64,000 nt of DNA from an uncultured Gemmatimonadales bacterium (GTDB taxonomy: Bacteria; Gemmatimonadota; Gemmatimonadetes; Gemmatimonadales; GWC2-71-9), in contig CAWHFW010000002.1 in the NCBI GenBank assembly GCA_963828735.1, forward strand, positions 288,001-352,000, written 5' to 3'. The position numbers and the translations under genes are program-made. A model generated the notes under the pieces. It made no database searches and was not told the origin of the DNA. It saw only the letters and a list, made by a program, of their open reading frames with translations. The stretch's first letter is position 1. Each line of letters begins with the position of its first letter. Of this stretch, positions 41,962-50,282 are shown one piece after another.

Positions 41962-42828
41962 TCAGGGCGTCGCGGTATCGGCCGGGGGCGGCGCGGTGCG
42001 CTGGTTTTGCTCGAACTCGCGCTCCCGCTCCTTCCTGAGCCGCATGTCGCGAATCATCGCCTTGAATTCGTCCAGGTTGGCGGCGCGCTGGGCCGCGTAC
42101 TGCATGTCGGCCCGCAGATCCATCAGATGGTTGTATGCCTGATTCTGGTCGATGTTGCCGGCAGGGATCGGCAACAGCGCCAGTACCGCGGCGGGGATCT
42201 TGAGGCCCGCGATGTAGATGTTCTTGGAATCGAGGCCGTACTTCTTGCCAGCGATCTCCTTGGTCCAGCTCGGTAGGGTCTGCCCGCGCGCGGAGGGGTC
42301 GTTTGCGATCGAGTCGAGGTACGACTGGACGATGGCCGTCACCGCGCTGTCGACCAGCTCGACATGACGCTTGCTCAGGCGGCTCGCGAGTTCCTTGGGC
42401 GGCAGTGGCAGCGGGCGCACCCAGAGGCGGCCGTCCGCGAGGCCCGGGCCGATGAGGCCGATCAACGTGCGCGGCCGGGGGGCCGGCGCGCTCCCGGTGT
42501 CGATGCGGACGGGCACCCGCCGGGGCTCCGGAAGAACGGTAACGGCCTGCGGCCTCGGCCGGAGCGCCGGCCGGGACGGCCGTTCGCCGACGATGCCGGT
42601 GCCCGCCTTCCCTTCCGGGCGCGGGGTGCGGTAGGGCATGGGGATCTCCCTCGGCCCCTGGGAGGGAGGTGCGAGGACGATCAGCTCGGAAGTCCGATGG
42701 GGCACCGTCGGACGCCGTCCCTCCACCCAGCCGAACAGCAGCAGGCTGTGCACGGCCACGCTGGCCGCGATCGCGATCCACGGCCAGCGCCGCGAAGGCG
42801 GAAGCGCGATCTCAACCGGCCGACGCAA
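41962..42828 (-). CDS. TonB-like membrane-anchored Pro-rich protein
   Basis: TM with SVAVH, Pro-rich linker, helical C-terminal domain; GAGGAG RBS before the TTG. Confidence 0.65.
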   Translation of the reverse strand: MRRPVEIALPPSRRWPWIAIAASVAVHSLLLFGWVEGRRPTVPHRTSELIVLAPPSQGPREIPMPYRTPRPEGKAGTGIVGERPSRPALRPRPQAVTVLPEPRRVPVRIDTGSAPAPRPRTLIGLIGPGLADGRLWVRPLPLPPKELASRLSKRHVELVDSAVTAIVQSYLDSIANDPSARGQTLPSWTKEIAGKKYGLDSKNIYIAGLKIPAAVLALLPIPAGNIDQNQAYNHLMDLRADMQYAAQRAANLDEFKAMIRDMRLRKEREREFEQNQRTAPPPADTATP

Positions 42829-44008
42829 GCTCTCCTCTGAGAGTGGCGTCGAGTGCCTGGCCGAGCCGCCCGGCCGCAAGCCGCAGCCGGTCGGCGCCGA
42901 CGGTGAGCGCGATGCGGAAAAACCCTTCCCCCGCGGGACCGAACGCGCTGCCTGGGAGCACCACCACCCCGGTCCCCTGGAGCGCCCGCATGGCGAAGGT
43001 CGCGGAAGGCGTGCCGGCCGGCAACGCCACCCAGAGGTACATGGCCGCCTTCGGCGCCTCGAGAGTGAAGCCCGCCTCCCGCAGCGCGGCGACCGCGGCG
43101 TCCCGGCGCCGCTCCAGCTCCGCGCGAATGGGCTCGACGATCGCCTCGGCCTGGTCGAGGGTCGCGGCGCCAGCCTTCTGCACGGCGAGGAACGGCCCGG
43201 TATCCGTGTAGGACTTGACCCGGGTAAGGGCGCCCACCAGCTCCGGCCGTCCCACAGTGAACCCGATCCGCCACCCGGTCATGGAGAAGCTCTTCGAGAG
43301 CGAGAAGAACTCGAGCGCGACATCGCGCGCCCCCGCTATCTCGAAGATGCTTGGCGCGCGATAACCGTCGAAGGTCAGATCGCAGTAGGCGTTATCGTAA
43401 GCGAGCAGGATGTCGTAACGACGGCAGAGGGCAACCGTCCGCTCGAGGTACTCTCGGGGCGCGATGGCCGCGGTCGGATTGTTCGGATAGTTGACGAACA
43501 CCAGTTTGGCGCGCCGGAGGACGGCTTGGGGCACCTGCTCCAGATCCAGGAGGAAGTCGTTCTCCGCACGGAGGGGCGCGATGTACGGATCGGCGCCGGC
43601 CAGAATGGATCCGCCGAGGTACGCCTGGTACCCGGGCTCGGGCACGATCGTGGCATCGCCCGGATTGACCACCGCGAACGGCAGATGGGACAATCCCTCC
43701 TTCGAACCGATGAGCGGCAGGGTCTCCGTCATCGGATCGAACCGGAGCCCGAACCGGCGCTCGACCCATCGCGAAGCGGCCTGCCGAAAGGCCGGCAGAC
43801 CCTGCTGAAACCCGTACTTGCTGTACGCGGGATCCTCGAGGGCCTCGCCCATCACCTGCACGGCGACGTCCGGCGGCGGCGTGTCGTTGTCGCCCGCCCC
43901 CAGGTCGATCACGTCGATCCCGGCCTCCACCAGCCGGCGCTTGAGGGTGGGAATCTCGGCGAGCGGATAGCCCGGCAGTGCGCCAAGGCGCTGGCTGAAT
44001 TCGATCAT
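42812..44008 (-). CDS. Class I/II PLP aminotransferase (LL-diaminopimelate aminotransferase-like)
   Basis: IGSKEG, NYPNNPT, DNAY, SLSKSFSMTGWRIG. Confidence 0.88.
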   Translation of the reverse strand: MIEFSQRLGALPGYPLAEIPTLKRRLVEAGIDVIDLGAGDNDTPPPDVAVQVMGEALEDPAYSKYGFQQGLPAFRQAASRWVERRFGLRFDPMTETLPLIGSKEGLSHLPFAVVNPGDATIVPEPGYQAYLGGSILAGADPYIAPLRAENDFLLDLEQVPQAVLRRAKLVFVNYPNNPTAAIAPREYLERTVALCRRYDILLAYDNAYCDLTFDGYRAPSIFEIAGARDVALEFFSLSKSFSMTGWRIGFTVGRPELVGALTRVKSYTDTGPFLAVQKAGAATLDQAEAIVEPIRAELERRRDAAVAALREAGFTLEAPKAAMYLWVALPAGTPSATFAMRALQGTGVVVLPGSAFGPAGEGFFRIALTVGADRLRLAAGRLGQALDATLRGELASAG

Positions 44009-44631
44009 CGGCGGCTGCCGTCGTGAACTGGATTGGAAAGGACACCGACGCCCGGGATCTCGACTTCCACGAGGTCGCCGTCGCGGAGCGGTCCGACGCC
44101 GGCGGGGGTGCCGGTGGCGATGAGGTCGCCCGGCTCGAGGGTCATGATCCCGCTGATGAACGAGACGAGGAACGGAATCTGGAACTGCATCTCCGTCGCG
44201 GGGGCGCGCTGCCGCTCCTCCCCGTTTACCCGGCCGACTACCTCGAGGGAACGCCAGTCGAGCCCCGTGGCCACGGCGGGTCCAACCGGACAGAAGGTGT
44301 CGTAGCCCTTCGCGCGCCCCCACTGGCCGTCGGTCTTCTGCAGGTCCCGGCACGTCACGTCGTTGAGGCAGACATAGCCGCCAATGGCGCGCTCCGCCTC
44401 CTCCTCGCTCGCCCGAGCGAGGCGCGTCCCGATGACCACCCCGATCTCGGCCTCGTACTCCACCTGCCGCGAGGTCGGGGGAATCACGATGGGATCGCCG
44501 GGTCCGACGAGGGCGCTGGGCGGCTTGAAGAACAGCATCGGCACCGGCGGCACCTCGTTCCCGAGCTCCTTGGCGTGGGCCCGGTAGTTACGGCCGACGC
44601 AAACGATCTTCGACGGGCGCACCGGGATCAC
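44005..44631 (-). CDS. Fumarylacetoacetate hydrolase family protein
   Basis: CVGRNY, FFKP, YEAE, NDVT, KGYDTF, TGTPAG. Confidence 0.93.
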   Translation of the reverse strand: MIPVRPSKIVCVGRNYRAHAKELGNEVPPVPMLFFKPPSALVGPGDPIVIPPTSRQVEYEAEIGVVIGTRLARASEEEAERAIGGYVCLNDVTCRDLQKTDGQWGRAKGYDTFCPVGPAVATGLDWRSLEVVGRVNGEERQRAPATEMQFQIPFLVSFISGIMTLEPGDLIATGTPAGVGPLRDGDLVEVEIPGVGVLSNPVHDGSRR

Positions 44632-47141
44632 GCCACCGCTCCGATTCCTTGCCGGGCGAAGAAGTCCTCGCACTTGGTGCGGACCTGCGCCCAGCTGCCG
44701 ATGATCCGATCCGCTCGCGGCAATCCCCCGAGCAGCAGCGGTCCATAGCGCTTGGTGACGACGCGGCTGTCGAGCAGGACCACGACCCCCATGTCCATCC
44801 GGCTTCGGATCAACCGCCCGAACCCCTGCTTGAGCTTGAGCGCCGCGTGAGGCAGCAGGTAGTTCATGAACCCATCCTGCCCCTCTTCCGCCAGTCGCTC
44901 GAGTCGCGCCGCCGTGAGCGGCTCACTCGGCACCTTGAAAGGTACCTTGTTGAGCACCAGGGTGCGGAGCGCTCGCCCGGGCACGTCTACCCCTTCCCAA
45001 AACGAGTCGGTGCCCAGGAGAATCGCGTTCTCCGCCTGCCGGAAACGGCGCAGCAATCCGTCCCGCGGCGCTTCCCCCTGAACCAGGATGGGCCACCGCG
45101 TCCCCAGGACCGAGCGGAGCTCGTGCGCGGCCTTTCGGAGCGAGGCATGGCTGGTGAAGAGGACGAACATACCGCCATCGGATGCATAGGCCAGATCGGT
45201 CACGACCTGCACCACGGCCGTCGCGTGGGCATGCTCGTCCTCGCGAGGCTCCGGGAGGTCGTTCGGGATGCCGAACACGCACTGGGACGGGTAGTCGAAG
45301 GGCGAGGGAAACGCCTCGCGCACCGTGACCGGCGAGTCATTGCCCGCCAGCCCAAGGCGAGTCTCGAGAAAGGCGAAATCGCCGCCGGCCGCGAGCGTGG
45401 CGCTCGTGAGAACGACCGTATCGAGGCGGTCGAACAGCAGTGTCCGCAGGACGGGCGCCAAGTCGAGGGGCACAACCGACAGGCTGAGCTGCGGACCGCG
45501 CGGCGTCCGCTCCATCCACCGCACGGTAGGGGGGCCGCCGCCGGCGGGGCGGAGCGTCCGGTTGAGGCCATCGGAGATCCCGTCGAGTCGCCGCATGACC
45601 GCTCGGAGCTCCTGCAACAGGGAGGCACGCCGCTCGGTTTCCTCCGCTTCCGCCAGCCGGTCGGCAATCGTCTCCACGGTCTCCCGCAGCGCGCGAAAGG
45701 CGGCCAGCGTGGCATCGAGGTCGAAGGCGAGGCCCTCATCCCAGATGTCGTCGGTCGCGAAGTCCTCCGCTAGGCGCAGCTGGCCGGCCGGGAGACCGTC
45801 CAGGCGGTCCAACAGGCGCTGGAACATCGCCTCGCTGGCTCGCCGGGCGTCGCCCAACGCGGGCAACAGGCGCTGCTGGAGCAGGTCGAGACTCGCCCGG
45901 CTCAGGAGATCGCCTTGCGCCCTGAGCTCGTGGGCGAGGGTCGGCGCGAGCCCGCGGCCATTCCGCTCGAAGCGGGAGAGCAAGCGCCTGACCGCCCGGC
46001 TCCCGACCTGCACGCCGAGGTGTGACGCCGCGACATCCTCGAGGTGGTGGGCCTCGTCCAGCACCAGACGTCGATAGGGCGGCAGGACCGCCGCCTCTTC
46101 CCAATTGTCCTGAGCTTGCCTGACGCTGAGGTCGGCGGCGAGGAGGTGGTGATTCACGACGACCACATCGGCTTCGGCGGCCCGGCGGCGGGCACGGAAC
46201 AGGAAGCACTTGTCGAAATGGGCGCACTTGAGCCGGGTGCAGAGGTCCGGCTCGGCGCTCACCTCGTCCCACACCTCCGGCGACGGCATGGCGGGCAGAT
46301 CGCTCAGCGTGCCGTCGGCCGTGTGTCCGGCCCATTCCGCGATCCCCAACAGCTCGTCGAGCTTGTCCTGCTCGAGCAGGGTCCGCTGCGATCCCACCGC
46401 CTGGTGCATGCGCGCGAGGCAGAGGTAGTTCCGCCATCCCTTGAGCAAGGCGAAGGTCGGAGTGTAGCCCCCCGCGGTGAGCGCCCGGCGAAGCAATGGC
46501 AGGTCCTTGCCGACGAGCTGTTCCTGGAGGTTGATCGTGTTGGTGCTGACCACCGTCCGCTCGCCGTTGGCGCGCGCCCAGTGAAGCGCGGGTACGAGAT
46601 ACGCGAACGATTTGCCTATGCCCGTGCCCGCCTCGAGCAGCTGCACTCCGCCGTCGTTGTACCCGTCCGCGATGTAGGCGGCCATGTCCCGCTGGCTCCG
46701 CCGGTCCTCGTATTGTCCCAGCTCCGCGGCGATCGGCCCCCCCTCCCCCAGCGCGTCCACGACGTCGAAGGGGTCGATCCGCAGCACCGGCTGTTCGCGC
46801 GGCACCTCCACGACGACGTAAAGCGCTGTGGCACCGTTGTCGATGATGCCGAAACCGACACCGCCGTCGTGCAGTCGCGCGGCAACGTTGAGATCGGGTC
46901 CCGACGGGTCGAGCCGCCCGCTCGGGTGGTTGTGCAGCAACATCTCGCCCCGCTGCGCCACTCCCGGGAGCGCGAGCACCATGTCCACGGTTCCGCGCGC
47001 GACTGCGCGAGCGGCCGTGACCACGCCGTCCCGGTCCACCTGGGCGACGAACGACACTTCGCGGCCGCCGGCCTCGGCGATTTCGCCGGCCAGGTACGCG
47101 CGGACGCCCGGGGCGATGCGCTCGGAGGGATGGATGGTCAC
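44628..47141 (-). CDS. dinG: DinG-family Fe-S helicase with N-terminal JAB/RadC-like domain
   Basis: HNHPSGxxxPSxxD; EAGTGIGKS, Cys cluster, DEAH, SAT, LFTS, WEGVD, QGFGRLIR. Confidence 0.88.
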   Translation of the reverse strand: MTIHPSERIAPGVRAYLAGEIAEAGGREVSFVAQVDRDGVVTAARAVARGTVDMVLALPGVAQRGEMLLHNHPSGRLDPSGPDLNVAARLHDGGVGFGIIDNGATALYVVVEVPREQPVLRIDPFDVVDALGEGGPIAAELGQYEDRRSQRDMAAYIADGYNDGGVQLLEAGTGIGKSFAYLVPALHWARANGERTVVSTNTINLQEQLVGKDLPLLRRALTAGGYTPTFALLKGWRNYLCLARMHQAVGSQRTLLEQDKLDELLGIAEWAGHTADGTLSDLPAMPSPEVWDEVSAEPDLCTRLKCAHFDKCFLFRARRRAAEADVVVVNHHLLAADLSVRQAQDNWEEAAVLPPYRRLVLDEAHHLEDVAASHLGVQVGSRAVRRLLSRFERNGRGLAPTLAHELRAQGDLLSRASLDLLQQRLLPALGDARRASEAMFQRLLDRLDGLPAGQLRLAEDFATDDIWDEGLAFDLDATLAAFRALRETVETIADRLAEAEETERRASLLQELRAVMRRLDGISDGLNRTLRPAGGGPPTVRWMERTPRGPQLSLSVVPLDLAPVLRTLLFDRLDTVVLTSATLAAGGDFAFLETRLGLAGNDSPVTVREAFPSPFDYPSQCVFGIPNDLPEPREDEHAHATAVVQVVTDLAYASDGGMFVLFTSHASLRKAAHELRSVLGTRWPILVQGEAPRDGLLRRFRQAENAILLGTDSFWEGVDVPGRALRTLVLNKVPFKVPSEPLTAARLERLAEEGQDGFMNYLLPHAALKLKQGFGRLIRSRMDMGVVVLLDSRVVTKRYGPLLLGGLPRADRIIGSWAQVRTKCEDFFARQGIGAVA

Positions 47142-47197
47142 GTCTGTCCTGGGCAGCGGATGAGCTTCGGGATCTCTGTCGACGAACCCCGGGCGAC

Positions 47198-47229
47198 GCG
47201 AAGGGGGCATGCACCCATGCCCCCTTCGC
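47198..47229. other. Perfect 14-bp intergenic hairpin
   Basis: GCGAAGGGGGCATG-CACC-CATGCCCCCTTCGC. Confidence 0.7.
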
Positions 47230-47259
47230 CTCACTCGGTGTGCCTCTAAAATAATACCG

Positions 47260-48552
47260 CTACGTCTTGAGCTCCTTCTTCTTGGCGGCCGGGAACAGCA
47301 CGTTGTTGAGAATCAGCCGGTAGCCCGGCGAGTGCGGGTGCAGCGACAGGTCGGTCGGCACGTCGCCGATCTGGTGCTGGGGATCTTCGGGATCATGACC
47401 ACCGAAGAAGGTCCAGGTTCCCTGGCCGTGCTCCCCGTGAATGTACTTGACCCACGGGGCGCCCGGCTCGTCGGCTAACACCGTCACGCTCGGCTTCAGG
47501 GTCTTCCGGGTGAACGAGGTCGTGAGGCCGTAGAAATCAGGGATCACCTGCCGGTGGCTTTGGACCAGCATCGTGGCCACCGGATCGATCTTCGCGCTGA
47601 AATTGAAGAGCGTGAACGAGCCGAGCGGCTGCCGGCGGTCGGGTGAGTTGACCTGGTGGCCATCGATGTCGGAGTACACCGGGATGGTCGGACTGAGCTC
47701 GAGTGTCGCCCCTTGGAAGGCGAGAGTCTCGTCCCAGTGCATCCGCTGGGACGCATCGGGATCCATCGGGGTGCCATCGGCGTAGGCCGCGGCAATGTCG
47801 ACCTTGTCCGCCGCGAGAGCCAGGTCCAGAGTTTCGGTGGCGGTGCACATGGCGAACAGGAAGCCGCCTCGCGCGACGTAGTCGGCGATGGCCACGGCCA
47901 CCGCGCGTTTCTCGGCGGGCACCGAGGGGTAGCCGAGCTGGCGGGCCATGGCCCGGTTGCGATCGACCATGTCCACCAGCCAGGGCGACCCCGCGTAGTT
48001 GAGAAAGAACTTCGAGTACTGGCCGGTGAAATCCTCGTGGTGCAGGTGCAGCCAGTCGTAGGTCTTGAGCTTCGAGCCGAGCACCTCCGCGTCCCAGACC
48101 TTCTCGAAGCTGATCCCGGCGTAGTTGAGGGCCATGGTGACGGCGTCGTCCCACGGCGCGGCGTTGGGCGGCGCGTACACAGCCACCTTGGGAGCCTTTT
48201 CCAGGGGCACGGCGTCCATGTTGCCCCCCTCGAGCTCGCCCCGGATGCTCACGACTCGGGCGTCGTCGAGTGGCTCAGTGGTGATGCCGTTCAGCGCGGC
48301 GTCGCGCGAGGTGACATCGTCCGCCGGCAGCAGGAACGAGCCGCTCCGGTAGTTGAGGAACCACTCCGCGCGCCCGCCGCGCTCCAACAGCCGGAACGCG
48401 AGGCCATAGGCCTTGAGGTGGTCGGCCTGGGCATCGTCCATCGGGACGAGGAGCCACGGAGAGGCCCTGGCCCAGCGGAACCGCCCGAGGGCGGGAGACA
48501 GGGCCAGCAGCCCGGCGCCGGTCCGCGTCAGGAAGTCGCGCCGGTTCATCAT
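47260..48552 (-). CDS. Tat-exported uncharacterised protein, possible class I GATase-like fold
   Basis: NRRDFL twin-arginine signal; PMD..Q.DHLKAYG, HLHHEDFTGQY, GGFLFAMC, GHDPED. Confidence 0.75.
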   Translation of the reverse strand: MMNRRDFLTRTGAGLLALSPALGRFRWARASPWLLVPMDDAQADHLKAYGLAFRLLERGGRAEWFLNYRSGSFLLPADDVTSRDAALNGITTEPLDDARVVSIRGELEGGNMDAVPLEKAPKVAVYAPPNAAPWDDAVTMALNYAGISFEKVWDAEVLGSKLKTYDWLHLHHEDFTGQYSKFFLNYAGSPWLVDMVDRNRAMARQLGYPSVPAEKRAVAVAIADYVARGGFLFAMCTATETLDLALAADKVDIAAAYADGTPMDPDASQRMHWDETLAFQGATLELSPTIPVYSDIDGHQVNSPDRRQPLGSFTLFNFSAKIDPVATMLVQSHRQVIPDFYGLTTSFTRKTLKPSVTVLADEPGAPWVKYIHGEHGQGTWTFFGGHDPEDPQHQIGDVPTDLSLHPHSPGYRLILNNVLFPAAKKKELKT

Positions 48553-50282
48553 GTCTGGGGCACCGCACCCCGTGCCTCGTCAAGCCTGCGGCGGGCCTGT
48601 GGGACCAGCGCGCTGGACGGATAGGTCAGGATCATGTGCTCCAGCGGTGCGACCGCCTCGCTCGGACGGCGCTGGTCCAGGAGGAGCTCCGCGAGGGCGA
48701 GCTCCGCGGCCGGGGCGGTGGCGGGTGCGTCCGGTGCCGCGGCGGCCTTCAACAGGCGCTCCGCGTCGCCTGCCTTGCCGGTCGCGGCCGCGAGTCGGCC
48801 GGCGAGAAGGCGCACTTCCGCACCCCCCTTGGCGGGCGCCAGCTGGGCGCCGACCCTGTCGAGACCCGCGACGGCCCGGGCGGTATCCCCGCGCGCGAGT
48901 GCGAACAACGCCTCGCCAAGGGCCGGGAGGCTGTCCGCTTCGATCGGCTGCAGGAGCGCGAGCAGGCCGGTTCGCTCGGTGGCATCATTTCGGTCCCCCG
49001 CGAACGGCCCGGCCGCCTTGAACCGCTCGATGGCGCCAGGGATGTCGCCCCGGTACAGCCTGAGCCGCCCTGCGATCGCGAGGCCATCCACCGTGCTGTC
49101 ACCGCGCAGCGCCGAATCGGCCTTCGCCAGGTCGCCTGCCTGGACATATCCCACGACGAGACGGCGCTGGAGCATCGCGTACTCCTCGCCGCTCATGTCG
49201 CTGCGGTGCTCGGCGAGGCGGCGGGCAGCCTCGTCGAGCTTCCCTTCGCCGATGAGGACTTGGACCAGCGTCGAGGACGCCCCGGCGGCGATGGTGCCGG
49301 GCGCCGCTCGATCGTCGGCGATGCCGGTGAGCATTCGGCGGGCGGCCTCGCGCTCTCCCGCCGCGGTGTATGCGCGTGCGGCATCCAGCCGGATGCGCGC
49401 GCGGTCCTGCTCCCGGCTCCGCTCCGCAATGAGCTCGAGCGCCTTGCCCTGCGCCTCGCGCCCGTCTCGGCCGGGGACGGTACGGAGCTGGTCGCTCAGC
49501 CCCCGCAGCGCCTCCAGGGCCGCGGCCGAATCGGAAGGCAGATCGTCTTGCAGCCTATCGAGTGCCCCGAGCGGATCACCCCAGCGGGCACGCAAGTCCG
49601 CCTCGAGCCGTCGGGCCGGAAGGTCGCGCTCCCGGCCCAGGTCGGACAAAAGGTCTGAGTGCAGCGAGTCCGGCGCCTGGACCAGCGTGCCGACCGCCGT
49701 CACCCGGTACCCGGGGACGCGCCGGATCGCCGGCAGCCACTCGCGAAGAGCACTGCGGTAGTCACCGTCGGCGATCGAAAGCTGAGCGACCTCCGCGGCC
49801 AGTGCGTCCGGCCGGTGCAGCGCCTCCCTGCCCCGAAGGTACGCCTCCCTGGCACCGGCGCGGTCTCGCTGGATGAGGGCGGCCGCGCCCCACTCCCTGA
49901 AAGGCGTCTCGTCGCCTGGCGCTGACGCGGCCCACCGCTCGGCGACCGCCCGTAGGCTGTCCGGCTCATTCGCGGACGACCAGGCCCGCAGCGCCACACC
50001 ATACACGGCGCCGCTCGCGGGCGAGGGCGTGACGGCGGCGAGCGCGGCACGTACCTGAGGCAGAATGTCGGTCGGCCGACCCAGCGGCATCAGCACGCGC
50101 TCGAGGCCGAGCAACGCGGCGGGATCAGCCGGCTTCCCCGCGAGGACGCTGCGATAGGCATGAGCCGCCGCCTGGTAGTTGCCGCGCCGCTCGAGCTCGA
50201 ACGCGCGCGACATCGTCGAGTCCTGGGCCCCGACCAGCCTCGGCGCGAGCGCCAGGACCACCGCCAGCCAGGCCCCTCTCAT
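48549..50282 (-). CDS. Secreted TPR-repeat protein
   Basis: Signal peptide, Ala/Leu/Arg helical repeats, terminal YPSS..ARR. Confidence 0.8.
   Translation of the reverse strand: MRGAWLAVVLALAPRLVGAQDSTMSRAFELERRGNYQAAAHAYRSVLAGKPADPAALLGLERVLMPLGRPTDILPQVRAALAAVTPSPASGAVYGVALRAWSSANEPDSLRAVAERWAASAPGDETPFREWGAAALIQRDRAGAREAYLRGREALHRPDALAAEVAQLSIADGDYRSALREWLPAIRRVPGYRVTAVGTLVQAPDSLHSDLLSDLGRERDLPARRLEADLRARWGDPLGALDRLQDDLPSDSAAALEALRGLSDQLRTVPGRDGREAQGKALELIAERSREQDRARIRLDAARAYTAAGEREAARRMLTGIADDRAAPGTIAAGASSTLVQVLIGEGKLDEAARRLAEHRSDMSGEEYAMLQRRLVVGYVQAGDLAKADSALRGDSTVDGLAIAGRLRLYRGDIPGAIERFKAAGPFAGDRNDATERTGLLALLQPIEADSLPALGEALFALARGDTARAVAGLDRVGAQLAPAKGGAEVRLLAGRLAAATGKAGDAERLLKAAAAPDAPATAPAAELALAELLLDQRRPSEAVAPLEHMILTYPSSALVPQARRRLDEARGAVPQT

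Noticed and set aside
44628..47141. Type IV CRISPR CasDinG or defence helicase
   Set aside because: Housekeeping context, with no cas or defence genes nearby.
47260..48552. True asparagine synthetase (a label I recall on similar proteins)
   Set aside because: Lacks the N-terminal Cys Ntn domain and SGGLDS motif, and carries a Tat signal.
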